This document shows, one piece after another, positions 29,152 to 39,700 of a stretch of DNA of 64,000 bases. Origin of the DNA: Flavobacteriales bacterium. Its GTDB lineage: Bacteria > Bacteroidota > Bacteroidia > NS11-12g > UBA9320. Within the stretch, counting starts at the first letter, position 1; each line of letters begins with the position of its first letter. Below the pieces are notes generated by a model that did not search any database, was not told the origin of the DNA, and was given only the letters and a program-made list of their open reading frames with translations. Position numbers and translations under genes: made by a program. Location: assembly GCA_020635435.1 (NCBI GenBank), contig JACJZU010000001.1, forward strand, positions 208,999 to 272,998. Direction: 5' to 3'.

Positions 29152-30567
29152 CTATTCCTCTCCTAGCACACCTAATGCGTGAAGCGCCTCCAAACTGGCC
29201 GCCCGGTTCTTGCTCAATAGCTCAATCAATTTGATCTGCGCCTGTATGTACCCCGTTTCCCTCGCATTCACCAGGAACAGTGAACTTTCTCCGGAATTGA
29301 ATATCTCGCGTTCGGCATTGAGCAGTCCGAGGTAATCGCGGGTTGTGCGGGTATACAACCGAAACTGCGCATCGGTAAATTCCCAATCGTTCAGGGACTG
29401 ACGCAATTTGTAGGTGAGTTCGGCTTGTTTGGCACGCAGGTCGTAATTGGCCTCTTGTATCTTATAATCAGCCAGTCGCAACGCCCCCCGTTCTTTGCGC
29501 ACAAAAACAGGAACACTTAGGCTGGCGCCCCACGTATAAGCATTGAGGGACAAGTTGGCAAATGGATCTCCACCCACGGGTTCACTGAGTGGATTGAACT
29601 TCAGATCGAGATCCGGTTTGATCTGTTCGGCTTTCCATCTGCGCTCCAGTTCAAGTTGATCGATCTTGAGTGCATACTGTCTCAAAGCGGGATGCAGTTG
29701 TTCGAAGGTATCGGCTCTGTTCAGAACAGAATCAACCCCGGCACTGGACAATGCGCCATCAAATGCCTCCGGTTGTGTAAGGGGATCCAGTTCCAGGGGT
29801 ATTATTCCCCTTTCCCATAAAAAGATCGAAAGTGCTGCACTTGCATTGCGGAGTAAACGTTCGGATTCCTGCAGGCCCAATTGTCGATTCTGCACCTGAA
29901 TACCGGCTTCCAAAGTATCCACATCGGGCCGATCACCCAGTTCCGCGCCCAGTTTAACCGCCTGAAACCGCTCCTCGGCAAGTAGTACGGCCTGTCTGTA
30001 CACTTCCCGCGTATGCCAGGCCAGATACCATTTCCAATATGTTCGTCCTGCGTCCAGATAGAGATCGTTCAATAGCAAGGTTTGTTCATAACGGCTCATT
30101 TCACGGGCCAGTCGGGCCTGTTTGAGAGCAGTTCTGCGCTCATCGGTGAACAATCCCTCGCCCAGGGGGATCACGACGCCCGCGTAGTACAGTCCCGAAC
30201 CAGGTGTGTTGTTCTCCGGATTCAGGAATTGCCCCATGTTCCGATCGAAACCGGTAACAATGTCCGGACCGAACCAGGTAGGGATCTTCAACATGCCCTG
30301 AAAGCGGTTGTAGTATTCCTTACCATCGAAGTACTTCTCGGCAAAATTCCCCTCCAGCTTCGGATCGAAGGCACCTTTTGCCTGTAAAACAAGTGCATCG
30401 CCCACCGATGGTTGCAAACGCGCCTGCATACTCAGCGGGTGATGGATCCGAACCCGCTGCATGAAACTATCGAAGGGGAATACACCCGGACCCGTGCTTT
30501 GTGCCATGGCGATCTGACCTATGGCCAGATGTAGCATGAGAAATTTCCCGATCAGTAGTTTTCTCAC
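29152..30567 (-). CDS. TolC-family outer membrane efflux protein
   Basis: Two-repeat coiled/beta architecture typical of OMF proteins. ORF 29152..30645 was trimmed to the GTG at 30567 (VRKLLIGKFLMLHLAIGQIAMAQ signal), which overlaps the HlyD stop as GTGA. Confidence 0.8.
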   Translation of the reverse strand: MRKLLIGKFLMLHLAIGQIAMAQSTGPGVFPFDSFMQRVRIHHPLSMQARLQPSVGDALVLQAKGAFDPKLEGNFAEKYFDGKEYYNRFQGMLKIPTWFGPDIVTGFDRNMGQFLNPENNTPGSGLYYAGVVIPLGEGLFTDERRTALKQARLAREMSRYEQTLLLNDLYLDAGRTYWKWYLAWHTREVYRQAVLLAEERFQAVKLGAELGDRPDVDTLEAGIQVQNRQLGLQESERLLRNASAALSIFLWERGIIPLELDPLTQPEAFDGALSSAGVDSVLNRADTFEQLHPALRQYALKIDQLELERRWKAEQIKPDLDLKFNPLSEPVGGDPFANLSLNAYTWGASLSVPVFVRKERGALRLADYKIQEANYDLRAKQAELTYKLRQSLNDWEFTDAQFRLYTRTTRDYLGLLNAEREIFNSGESSLFLVNARETGYIQAQIKLIELLSKNRAASLEALHALGVLGEE

Positions 30568-31922
30568 TTGACTGCGCCTTTTGATGTAGTGGTTCCGGAA
30601 GAGGTCTTGTAATAATCGGGCGGGAAACCGTTGATGCGCCGCCACAATTCATACCAGATCGGCACATCCTTTAACAGGAGCATATTGTTGGTACCGGCTC
30701 CAACCCGGAGCGCAGTTGGCCAGGGATGATCTTTGGGATCCTGGGCGACCAATACCCGGTACAACCCATTATCGCTGATAAAATTATCGATGGCTATCAC
30801 TTGCCCTCCATAGGTACCATAGCTCGTATTCGGCCAACCAGAGAACACGATGGCCGGCCAACCATCAAATTGAATGCGCACGTGTTGCCCCTTTTCTAGC
30901 AGTGGCAGATCGAGCGGCTTGATGTACATTTCGATGGCAAGTTCGTAGGATGAAGGCATGATGCTTATTATTTCCGCCCCTTCTTTGATCGTTTCTCCGA
31001 TCCCTGTTTTTATAGCTTTGGTGATCACCCCATTTTGGGGCGCCGTTACATAGTACAAACCACTTCGAACCGAGTAATTCATATATTGGTTCTGAAGCTT
31101 GGTAACTACGGCCTCTGCATCATACATACTCGACAAAGCCGCATACTTGTCCGATTCCGACTTGGCGATCTTATCGCGGTACTCGGCACGGATGGTTGTT
31201 AGTTCAACGGTTGCATTGAGCACCTCATTCTGACTCGTGAGCAGTTTATTCTCGGCGCTGATCTGCGATGCCTTGGCCTTCTGCATCACCAAGCGTCTGT
31301 TCTCCAGATCAGTAAGCGATTTAAGGCCTTTTTCATACAATCCCTCCATACGCTTATACTGCTCTTCGGCAATGTTGAAATTGATCTGAGCGGCCTGAAA
31401 GTCCATACTGTCGCTGGTCACCTTCAGTCGGGCCTGCTTGAGCTTGTTCTCCGCCTGCTGCAATTTGAGTCGACTGGTCTGTACCAGAGCGTCCACCTGA
31501 GCATCGATGGCCTTCACCTTCTCCATGTACGATTTCACCGACATTTCCTTGGCCTGTAATTGCTCCTCCGTTCGGGCCAGCAGGTTGGGATCGAAATAGT
31601 CGTCCTTCACCTCCGAAATGAACAGAATGGTATCCCCTTTCTGAACAATATCGCCTTCTTTCACAAACCACTTTTCGATCCGTCCGGCAATTACGGAATG
31701 TATGGTCTGAGGGCGCTGATCCGGCCTTAGGGCCGTCACATTTCCCTTCGACCGGATGTTCTGGGTCCAGGGCATCAGAAGCAGAATGAGAAAAGCCAGG
31801 GAGAGTGCCATGAGCAGGCGGATGATCACCTTTCCCCCTTTCTTATTCTCCAGAAGCCGGAAAGTAGAGTATCTCGGCTTATCGATGCGTTGGTTGATAC
31901 TATTTGGTGATATGTTCAACAT
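30564..31922 (-). CDS. HlyD-family membrane fusion protein
   Basis: An N-terminal TM anchor is followed by long coiled-coil segments and C-terminal beta-barrel motifs (GDIVQKGDTILFI, GQHVRIQFDGWP). Confidence 0.85.
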   Translation of the reverse strand: MLNISPNSINQRIDKPRYSTFRLLENKKGGKVIIRLLMALSLAFLILLLMPWTQNIRSKGNVTALRPDQRPQTIHSVIAGRIEKWFVKEGDIVQKGDTILFISEVKDDYFDPNLLARTEEQLQAKEMSVKSYMEKVKAIDAQVDALVQTSRLKLQQAENKLKQARLKVTSDSMDFQAAQINFNIAEEQYKRMEGLYEKGLKSLTDLENRRLVMQKAKASQISAENKLLTSQNEVLNATVELTTIRAEYRDKIAKSESDKYAALSSMYDAEAVVTKLQNQYMNYSVRSGLYYVTAPQNGVITKAIKTGIGETIKEGAEIISIMPSSYELAIEMYIKPLDLPLLEKGQHVRIQFDGWPAIVFSGWPNTSYGTYGGQVIAIDNFISDNGLYRVLVAQDPKDHPWPTALRVGAGTNNMLLLKDVPIWYELWRRINGFPPDYYKTSSGTTTSKGAVK

Positions 31923-33651
31923 AGCCTTCAGCTTCTATTTGATTCTTCAATTCATTGAATGTCCCTTGCCTGAACACCCTTCCCTCCTTCAAGATCAGGA
32001 TCTTACCACATTTTTCCACCAGATACGGATCCGTAGTTACAGCAATGAGTGTCCAGGGTTTGTCCGGATGCGTGAGGTAATCGATGATCTCCCTTCGATC
32101 CATCGGGTCGATGTGCTCCAGAGCCTCTTCCAGCAAAAGCAACTTCGGACGCGCAGCAATGCTTCGTGCGATAAGCAATTTCTGTGTGATGCTCCGCGAA
32201 AGTTTTTTACCCTGCGGGTCCAGATGCGTATTGAAACCCTTGGGCAAACTCTGCACATAGCCTTGTAGCCCAACTGCACGAACAGCTTCCTTGGCATCTT
32301 CCAGGCTCACGCGGGTACGGCCCATCGTGATGTTCTCCAACAGTGTTCCGTCGAACAACTGCTCCTGACTCAGTGAATCTCCCAATACCTCGCGCAGCGA
32401 ACACAGCTCCAGATTCCCGCGCGCCATGCCGTTGTAGGTAACCTGACCTTCATCCACATCATACAATCCGGCTATCAGCTGGAGGAAAGTGCTTTTCCCT
32501 GAACCATTTGGTCCCAATACGGCGATCTTCTCACCCCCATCTGCCCGGAAACTCATTCCGGAAAGAATGGGTTGCCCATGATCGGGATAACTGAACTTCA
32601 CGTTGTCCATGGCAATTCCCAATCCACCGGCCTGACAATCCTTCTCCAGATCCACACCATCTTCATTCTCAAGTTCCATATCGGTAACCTGACCGATCTT
32701 CTCCAATGAGGTGAGCACATCGTAGATCACCTCAAAACTCAAGATCAGTTTCTCCACTGACCCCATCACAAGCAGCACGATGATCTCGGCAGCAATGAAC
32801 TGTCCGATATTCATCAATTGCTGCATGACCAATACCCCCCCTATGGCCAAAAGGCCCGTTGCAACGAGTACTTTGAATACAACCATAAGGGAGTATTGTT
32901 GTATCAATACTTTGAAGTGGCTTTCACGGGCATTCAGGTAGCTGCCCACATGCTTGTCCACCCGCTCAAGGGGCAGATCCGTTCGCCCGGCCAGTTTGAA
33001 CGTACTTGCAGTTCGCGCAACTTCCTCCAGCCAGTGTGCCACCTGGTATTTGTACTTCGATTCCAGCAAACTCGTTTCAAGTCCCTTGCGCGCCGTAAAT
33101 CGTATGATCGCAATGATGATAACGACCAATGTAAGGCTGAACAACACAAAGAATGGGTGGTAAAGTGAGAGCAGCAGCAAGCCGAAGAATACCTGCAATA
33201 TGGCTGCTGAGAAATCGATAAGCAGCTTGGACAGACCTTTTTGAACCGAGATCGTATCAAAGAAGCGGTTCATCAGTTCCGGCGCGTAATGCTTGTACAT
33301 CACTTCCATCCGGATCCTCGGAATACGGTAGGCAAACTCGAAGGCCGCCCTTGAGAAGATCTTTTGCTGAATGTTCTCCGTTATCCTGAGCTGGAAGATC
33401 TGCAGCAATCCGGTCGCCGCAACACCCATCACCACAATAACCACCAATACGATCCAGGATGTATTCACCTGTCCCCCCTGGATCAGATTCACAATGGCCT
33501 GTATCCCGAGTGGCAGAGAGAGGGCGATAAGTCCGTTGAAAACGGCGTAGGCATATATGTCCCTGATCTCCTTGCTGTCCGGCTTTATCAAGCGCCAGAA
33601 GCGCTGCAAGGGCGTGAACAATGGGGCATCGGTTTGTGCTGAACTATGCAT
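31900..33651 (-). CDS. ABC transporter, fused permease/ATPase (type I exporter, no C39 peptidase domain)
   Basis: An N-terminal 6-TM domain is followed by Walker A GPNGSGKST, signature LSRSITQKLLIARS and Walker B LLLLEEALEHID. Confidence 0.9.
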   Translation of the reverse strand: MHSSAQTDAPLFTPLQRFWRLIKPDSKEIRDIYAYAVFNGLIALSLPLGIQAIVNLIQGGQVNTSWIVLVVIVVMGVAATGLLQIFQLRITENIQQKIFSRAAFEFAYRIPRIRMEVMYKHYAPELMNRFFDTISVQKGLSKLLIDFSAAILQVFFGLLLLSLYHPFFVLFSLTLVVIIIAIIRFTARKGLETSLLESKYKYQVAHWLEEVARTASTFKLAGRTDLPLERVDKHVGSYLNARESHFKVLIQQYSLMVVFKVLVATGLLAIGGVLVMQQLMNIGQFIAAEIIVLLVMGSVEKLILSFEVIYDVLTSLEKIGQVTDMELENEDGVDLEKDCQAGGLGIAMDNVKFSYPDHGQPILSGMSFRADGGEKIAVLGPNGSGKSTFLQLIAGLYDVDEGQVTYNGMARGNLELCSLREVLGDSLSQEQLFDGTLLENITMGRTRVSLEDAKEAVRAVGLQGYVQSLPKGFNTHLDPQGKKLSRSITQKLLIARSIAARPKLLLLEEALEHIDPMDRREIIDYLTHPDKPWTLIAVTTDPYLVEKCGKILILKEGRVFRQGTFNELKNQIEAEGYVEHITK

Positions 33652-34348
33652 GATCCTGTGCGACTTGAATTGTACTGAATACCATTTCCCTGTAGAAGCT
33701 GCAAACAGCGTCCTCCCCCTGCAGGGTATCGGTTAAGCGGGGAAGATGTGAGGCAAAGAACCTCTGAAGATGAGCCCCTTCGATGACCGTGGAAATGAGC
33801 ATATGCGGATATTTAAATGTTGGATTGATAGCAAGAACCAGTTCGGAAACCCTGGCCACCAGATTTTTGTATGCCGTGAATACACCGTAGCGGTTCTCCT
33901 CATCAACAGACCGTGTCAAATAAGCTTTCGAGGATTCCGCGATAACGATCTGATAGAGTTTCACCTCATCGATATGTAAGAAGTTCGTGTCCAGCTTAAC
34001 CTCTTCCGTGAGTGCCAGAAGCGCACGCTCCAATCGATCTTCCGCCTCGGTAATATTGGTGATTGAAAATAGCACCTTGTAATCCATCCAACTCCAATAC
34101 CACGAACTGAGGTACAGGAGCAGTTTATGCTTGCTCTCAAAATAGCGGTAAACCGATGCCTCCGTTGACCCGATCAATTCCGCCAATTTGCGGAATGTGA
34201 AGGCCTCGAACCCCAGCTCATAGATCAGGTCAATACTGCCGTTGACGATCCTTCGCCCCAACTCCGTGCTCTCCGGATCCTTCAGATATACATGATCATT
34301 GACCGGCTGCCGGATACTTGATAGTATGATATCCATTATAGGCTTCAA
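33644..34348 (-). CDS. TetR/AcrR family transcriptional regulator
   Basis: The HTH segment FTFRKLAELIGSTEASVYRYFESKHKLL is present. It is the first gene of the efflux operon and overlaps the ABC start by 8 nt. Confidence 0.85.
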   Translation of the reverse strand: MKPIMDIILSSIRQPVNDHVYLKDPESTELGRRIVNGSIDLIYELGFEAFTFRKLAELIGSTEASVYRYFESKHKLLLYLSSWYWSWMDYKVLFSITNITEAEDRLERALLALTEEVKLDTNFLHIDEVKLYQIVIAESSKAYLTRSVDEENRYGVFTAYKNLVARVSELVLAINPTFKYPHMLISTVIEGAHLQRFFASHLPRLTDTLQGEDAVCSFYREMVFSTIQVAQDHA

Positions 34349-34484
34349 ATTAACTACTTAAAATAGTAATACTATCGAAAAACAAGAAAATTGGAGAAAG
34401 GTTTTCAATAATCACAGGATTTTTTCAGGCCTACAACAAGCCCGTGACACTACAGTTCATGCTCCCGGAAGTGTTGCGAAATAC

Positions 34485-35510
34485 TTACTCGTAAATGCGT
34501 ATTACAGCTTCTTCTCCCGACTTGCGCCAGGCCCGGAACATCATCGATGTGTTGAATGGACAGTGGATATTGCCCTCTTTGTCCATCGCGATCAGTCCAC
34601 CAACGCCTCCAGCCCTTTTCAGCACGCCCATAACTACCGTATCGGCAGCCTCCACCACACTTACACCACCAAATTGCATCCGTGCTGCAACCTGATAGGC
34701 CACAGCATTGCGAATGAAATACTCGCCATGTCCGGTACAAGAAACAGCACAGGTGCGGTCGTCGGCATAGGTTCCCGCACCGATAACCGGACTATCGCCT
34801 ATCCTCCCCCATTGTTTGCCATCCATACCACCGGTGCTGGTGCCTGCCGCCAGGTGTCCGCGCTTGTCGAGAACCACACAACCCACTGTCCCAAATTTCC
34901 GGTTCGGATCGGCAGCATATGCTTGTTGTTTATTTCGTTCCAACCAACGCTGCTTTTTAGACCGGAGCACAAAGAACTCCGGTGCTACCTGCTCCAACCC
35001 ATGCTCCGCGGAGAAACGATCCGCACCCGAGCCCGATAGAAAAACGTGCACGCTGCTATCCATTACGAACCGCGCGGCAGATATCGGATGCCGAGTTGTT
35101 CGCACTCCACTTACCGCTCCGGCCTTCAAATGCGCACCATCCATGATCGAAGCATCCAATTCAACCTCTCCCGATGCATTCAGAACAGCGCCAACTCCCG
35201 CATTGAACAAGCTGTCGTCCTCCATCTGTCGCAGGCACATCTCCACCACATCCAAAGCCGATTTACCATTTTCCAACAAGTAATAGCCGTAATCCAGTAT
35301 GGCATTCAAACGCTGCATATACAGGGCATCCCCTTTCTCGTCGCCCTTCGACCGATACCCCGCCCCACCGTGAATTGCGATGGCATAAGGCACGCTCTTC
35401 GCTTCAACACCATCCTCATCCCTCGCCCTATCCCCTTCCGAACTACATGCATGCAGCAAACAAACCAAGACCACCACTCCAAACCATCCAACCTTCCTTA
35501 GTACCCACAT
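34485..35510 (-). CDS. iaaA: Isoaspartyl peptidase / L-asparaginase (Ntn hydrolase)
   Basis: It has a signal peptide. The autoprocessing site GTVGCVVLD, the motif GTSTGG and the segment GHGEYFIR are typical of plant-type asparaginases. Confidence 0.8.
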   Translation of the reverse strand: MWVLRKVGWFGVVVLVCLLHACSSEGDRARDEDGVEAKSVPYAIAIHGGAGYRSKGDEKGDALYMQRLNAILDYGYYLLENGKSALDVVEMCLRQMEDDSLFNAGVGAVLNASGEVELDASIMDGAHLKAGAVSGVRTTRHPISAARFVMDSSVHVFLSGSGADRFSAEHGLEQVAPEFFVLRSKKQRWLERNKQQAYAADPNRKFGTVGCVVLDKRGHLAAGTSTGGMDGKQWGRIGDSPVIGAGTYADDRTCAVSCTGHGEYFIRNAVAYQVAARMQFGGVSVVEAADTVVMGVLKRAGGVGGLIAMDKEGNIHCPFNTSMMFRAWRKSGEEAVIRIYE

Positions 35511-35575
35511 AAGTTGTTCCTGTTAAACAACAATGTTACTAATTTCCCCAACCCACTGAAAACTAAAAATTAAAA

Positions 35576-35716
35576 CCCAGCCACCCAACCACCCAGCCAC
35601 CCAACCACCCAGCTACCCAACCACCTATCCTCCTATCATCCTATCATCCTATCCTCCTATCCTCCTATCCTCCTATCATCCTATCATCCTATCCCCCTAT
35701 CCCCCTATCCCCTACC
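35576..35716. repeat. 8-bp-period tandem repeat tract: (CCACCCAR)~6 then (CMTCCTAT)~11
   Basis: Read directly from the sequence: ccacccaa ccacccag ccacccaa ccacccag ctacccaa ccacctat cctcctat catcctat catcctat cctcctat cctcctat cctcctat catcctat catcctat ccccctat ccccctat cccctacc. The plus strand has no G from about 35621 to 35716. Confidence 0.9.
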
Positions 35717-35720
35717 TTTG
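35713..35720 (+). promoter_or_regulatory. Candidate Bacteroidota -7 promoter box (TAnnTTTG) for hldD
   Basis: TACCTTTG is an exact match to the TAnnTTTG consensus. It ends 14 nt before the hldD ATG (35735) and directly abuts the octamer tract. No clear -33 TTTG is seen. Confidence 0.4.
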
Positions 35721-35734
35721 CCCCAAACACCACT

Positions 35735-36691
35735 ATGATCGCAATTACCGGTGCCGCAGGTTTCATTGGCAGTTGTCTCGCACAACAATTACATCGAAAG
35801 GGTGAGGAGATCCTTCTGATCGACGATTTCAGCTCCCCTTCAAAGGCTCCCAATCTGAATGGACTCGATTCCTGTAAGCGCATAGACCGCATGCAATTCC
35901 TTAAAGAGATGCATCGCTACCCGATCAGTTTGTTCTATCATTTGGGTGCCCGAACGGATACAACGGAATTCGACGAATCGGTATTCGACCTGCTCAACCT
36001 CAATTATTCCAAACGGATCTGGGAGTTCTGCACCCAAAACCGGATCCCTCTCGTTTACGCCTCATCGGCCGCAACTTACGGCGGGGGGGAACATGGATTC
36101 TCCGACGATCCGGCGATCATACCTCTTCTGCAACCGTTGAATCCCTATGGCTGGAGTAAACAGAAGTTCGATCTGTGGGTGCTCGAACAACAGCATACAC
36201 CACCATCCTTTATCGGACTGAAGTTCTTCAACGTATTCGGACCCAACGAATTCCACAAGGGACGCATGGCCTCCGTGGTATTTCACACCTACAATCAGAT
36301 CCGGGCAAATGGACACATGAATCTGTTTCAATCGCACCGACCGGATTATGCGCATGGGGAACAAAGCCGCGATTTCATCTTCGTGCGCGACGTGGTCGAA
36401 TTGCTTGAGTTCTGGGGATCAGCGGGCCGAACATCGGGGATCTACAATGTGGGCAGCGGAATTGCCCGTTCTTTCCGGGATCTTGCTGAAGCGGTGTTCC
36501 GCGCCATGGACCGGGATCCGGACATTCGCTTCATTCCTACACCGGAGGACATCCGCGACACCTATCAATACTACACCTGCGCAGACATGGCTGCCACGCG
36601 GAAGGCTGGTTTCGGCAACACATTCACTTCACTGGAAGATGCGGTCACCGATTACGTCCGCAACTACCTGATCCCGGGCAACTATTTTTAA
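35735..36691 (+). CDS. hldD: ADP-L-glycero-D-manno-heptose 6-epimerase
   Basis: It is collinear by eye with E. coli HldD/RfaD: MIAITGAAGFIGS, H.GA..DT.E, IPLVYASSAATYG, FNVFGPNE.HKGRMASVVFH, SRDFIFVRDV. Confidence 0.8.
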   Translation: MIAITGAAGFIGSCLAQQLHRKGEEILLIDDFSSPSKAPNLNGLDSCKRIDRMQFLKEMHRYPISLFYHLGARTDTTEFDESVFDLLNLNYSKRIWEFCTQNRIPLVYASSAATYGGGEHGFSDDPAIIPLLQPLNPYGWSKQKFDLWVLEQQHTPPSFIGLKFFNVFGPNEFHKGRMASVVFHTYNQIRANGHMNLFQSHRPDYAHGEQSRDFIFVRDVVELLEFWGSAGRTSGIYNVGSGIARSFRDLAEAVFRAMDRDPDIRFIPTPEDIRDTYQYYTCADMAATRKAGFGNTFTSLEDAVTDYVRNYLIPGNYF

Positions 36692-36706
36692 ACTGAGCGT
36701 GGATCT

Positions 36707-39700
36707 ATGAGCCGGGGACATGTTTTGAGGTATTTCATCTGCTTAGGCCTGGCATTCCTGTGCTTTGCGGCTTTTCACTTCCTGCAAAAACCGGATGTGA
36801 TCAAGCCGGAAAAGGAGACCTATGAAAAATTACTGAAACACATCGAGCGGATCCGGGAAGAAGGCGAGAAAATACTCGCTGCCACTGAACCTTCACATGA
36901 TTCACTGAGTAAAGAACTCGCGGATATACTCGGAAATTGGCGTTACAGCGAATACCGGGGCGATTCCCTGGTCTTCTGGAGTAGTCACGAATGGATACCC
37001 GACAGCATCCGCAGATCCAGATCCGGCCCCATGCTGATCCGGGACGATCAGGGTTTGGATATCTCCATATCTACCCGGCAAGGAGCCCGTTTCAGATGCG
37101 TGAACCTGCCCCTGCACCAGATCAACATGGGATCCTTTCGCGAGAAAAGCGAGTTGAAGGAACTGGAGAACTGGGAGATCGAGATCACAAGGCGGGAGGG
37201 CAGCTTTAAATTACCCTATTCCGAACTTTACATCGAATTTTATGGCTCCCGTGTCAATCCCGGATACGCCTGGATCTACCTCGCAGGTCTGGCACTGGTC
37301 CTGGTCTCATTCATATTCAGTTTCGCCCGTGGCACATGGCTCCTTTGGCTGAGTGTGGCCACTCTGGCGTTGCTGCGCTGGTTGAGCTATAGAGGCATAC
37401 TCTTCAACGGTGCCGACCATTTTCGGATCTTCGATCCGGTTTTATTTGCGAACAGTCGGGGCATCCCATCGCTGGGCGACCTGGCCTACCACCTCCTGTT
37501 TGCCCTGGTGGCAGTATTCGCCCTGAAGCGGAGCTTAGCTCAAATCGGAGGGAGAACACGTTACCTCATCACCATTCTGGCCGGTGGATTACTGGCTTAT
37601 TTTGGAACAGATCTCATACTTTCAGTCATACGGAGTCTGGTACTGGATTCCAGCCTTTCCTTCGATATCACCCACCTCCGCAATTTCAACCGCTTCTCCA
37701 TACTTGCATTCCTCCTCATCGGGGGCATGTTCTGGACTTATTTCGAACTGCTTACCGGGATCAAGGGTTTCCAATTCCCGGAAGTTAAACCCATACGCCA
37801 TTTGCTCTACCTGCTCTTGTGTGCGATCGGTTTTGTTGTTTTTCAGATGGTGGATGCCCATCGCAGCCTGGAAAGTTTAATGCTCCCACTAGCCTTAACC
37901 TCCATCGTACTGCTCCTGTTGTACCTCATGCGGCAAACGGACAGGCTCTACCGGACCCTCGCTTTTCTGGCCCTGTTCAGTCTTACCTACAGCACCGTCA
38001 TCTATAAGAACAAGAACAAACGCGAGAACGAGTACCTGAAGATCTATGCCGGGAAACTCATCAACAGCAACGATGCTCAGGCCGAACAACTCTTTTCCGA
38101 GATCGAGAATCGCCTTGTAGCCGAGTTTCTGGTTCCGGCCGATTTCAATTCATTCGCCCAGCGAAAAGACCAATTTGAAAAACGGCTGAGACGCCTCTAT
38201 TTCTCCGGCTATCTGGACAAATATGAGCTGAAGGTCCTCAGCTTCGACAGTTTGGGGAACAATATCAATTCAAGCACCCTGTACAGTTACGAGGATCTCA
38301 ACAACATCTACAATTTCAGTGCATTCCCCACGAGGAGCAATCATTTCTACCAGATCAAGAGCACGGAGATCACCAACGGCTACCTCGCCAAATTCGAGAA
38401 TTGCGACCTGAACGGGCATTACGGGAATATCTTCATCCTGCTCGAACCCCGTTTCATTCAAAGTACCTATTCGTATCCGGAACTGATCAAAACCAAGCGG
38501 GACGCCAAATTATTTGACATTGAGGATTATTCATACGGCATTTACCAACGCGGCGATCTGGTCAATCAGAAAGGGGATTTCTCCTATGACCTGCAGCTCG
38601 ATTCCAGCGAATTACTGGCGCAAAACGAGGTTTGGAACTGGCGCGGTTATAGGCATTTTATCGAAAGGCAGGAAGAAGGCGTGCATGTGGTTCTGAGTAT
38701 GCGCAACGACCTGCTGGTAACAGGGTTGAGCATTTTTACCTTCTCTTTTCTGTTCTACAGCATCTTGCTCCTGATACTGGCCGTACTTCGTTTTATACGC
38801 GACCACCTCGTTTATCTCATCATCCGCCGCCGGAAAGGTCGTGAAGATGCCGAGGCCTATCGCTCGACGAACCGAAAATACTGGGCAGCTTTCGGGTTCG
38901 ACCAGATCTATCTGAGTACCCGGATCCGACTGGCCATGGTGGCCCTGGTGGTCCTGGGCCTGTCCATCTCGCTGTATTTCACCGCCCAGTTCATCCGTAT
39001 AAACGACTCGTCCCAGGCCAGATCCGACCTCATGTTCAAGATCCGCGAAGTAGCCGGAATGGTGCAGGATGAGGTCGATCTTGAAAAGAAACTGCGCCGC
39101 CCCGAGGCAAGGCAGTTGATCGTGAACGAAATATCGGATGTGTACAAGGTTGAAGTGAATGTTTTCGACCCAACGGGCAAGCTATTGGTGAGCAGCGAGC
39201 ACGACCTTTACAGTAACGGATTACTTGCCCCTGTTATGGACCGGCCGGCTTACGAAGCCATGCGGCACAAAGGACGTTCGCAGTACATCGGCGAGGAACA
39301 GATCCGCGATCTCAGTTTTCTTTCCGCTACAGTTCCACTGCTCAATGAGCGCAGAGAAGTGATCGCCTACCTCAACCTCCCGTACTTCTCCCGAAGCGGC
39401 GAATTGGAAGATAAGATCTCCACCTACATGGTCACCTTCGTGAACGTCTACTTCTTCCTCATTCTACTCGCCCTGGTTCTGGCCTATTTGGTTTCCAAAC
39501 GGATCTCGAAACCTTTACAGATCTTGAGGGACAAATTATCGCATACGGGCTACGGTTACCAAAACGAGATCATCGACTGGAAACGGCAGGACGAGATCGG
39601 TCAGCTCGTTAAACAATACAATAAAATGGTCGTGGAACTGGAGGAAAGTGCCCGCAAACTCAGTGAATCGGAGCGGGAAGGAGCCTGGAAGGAGATGGCG

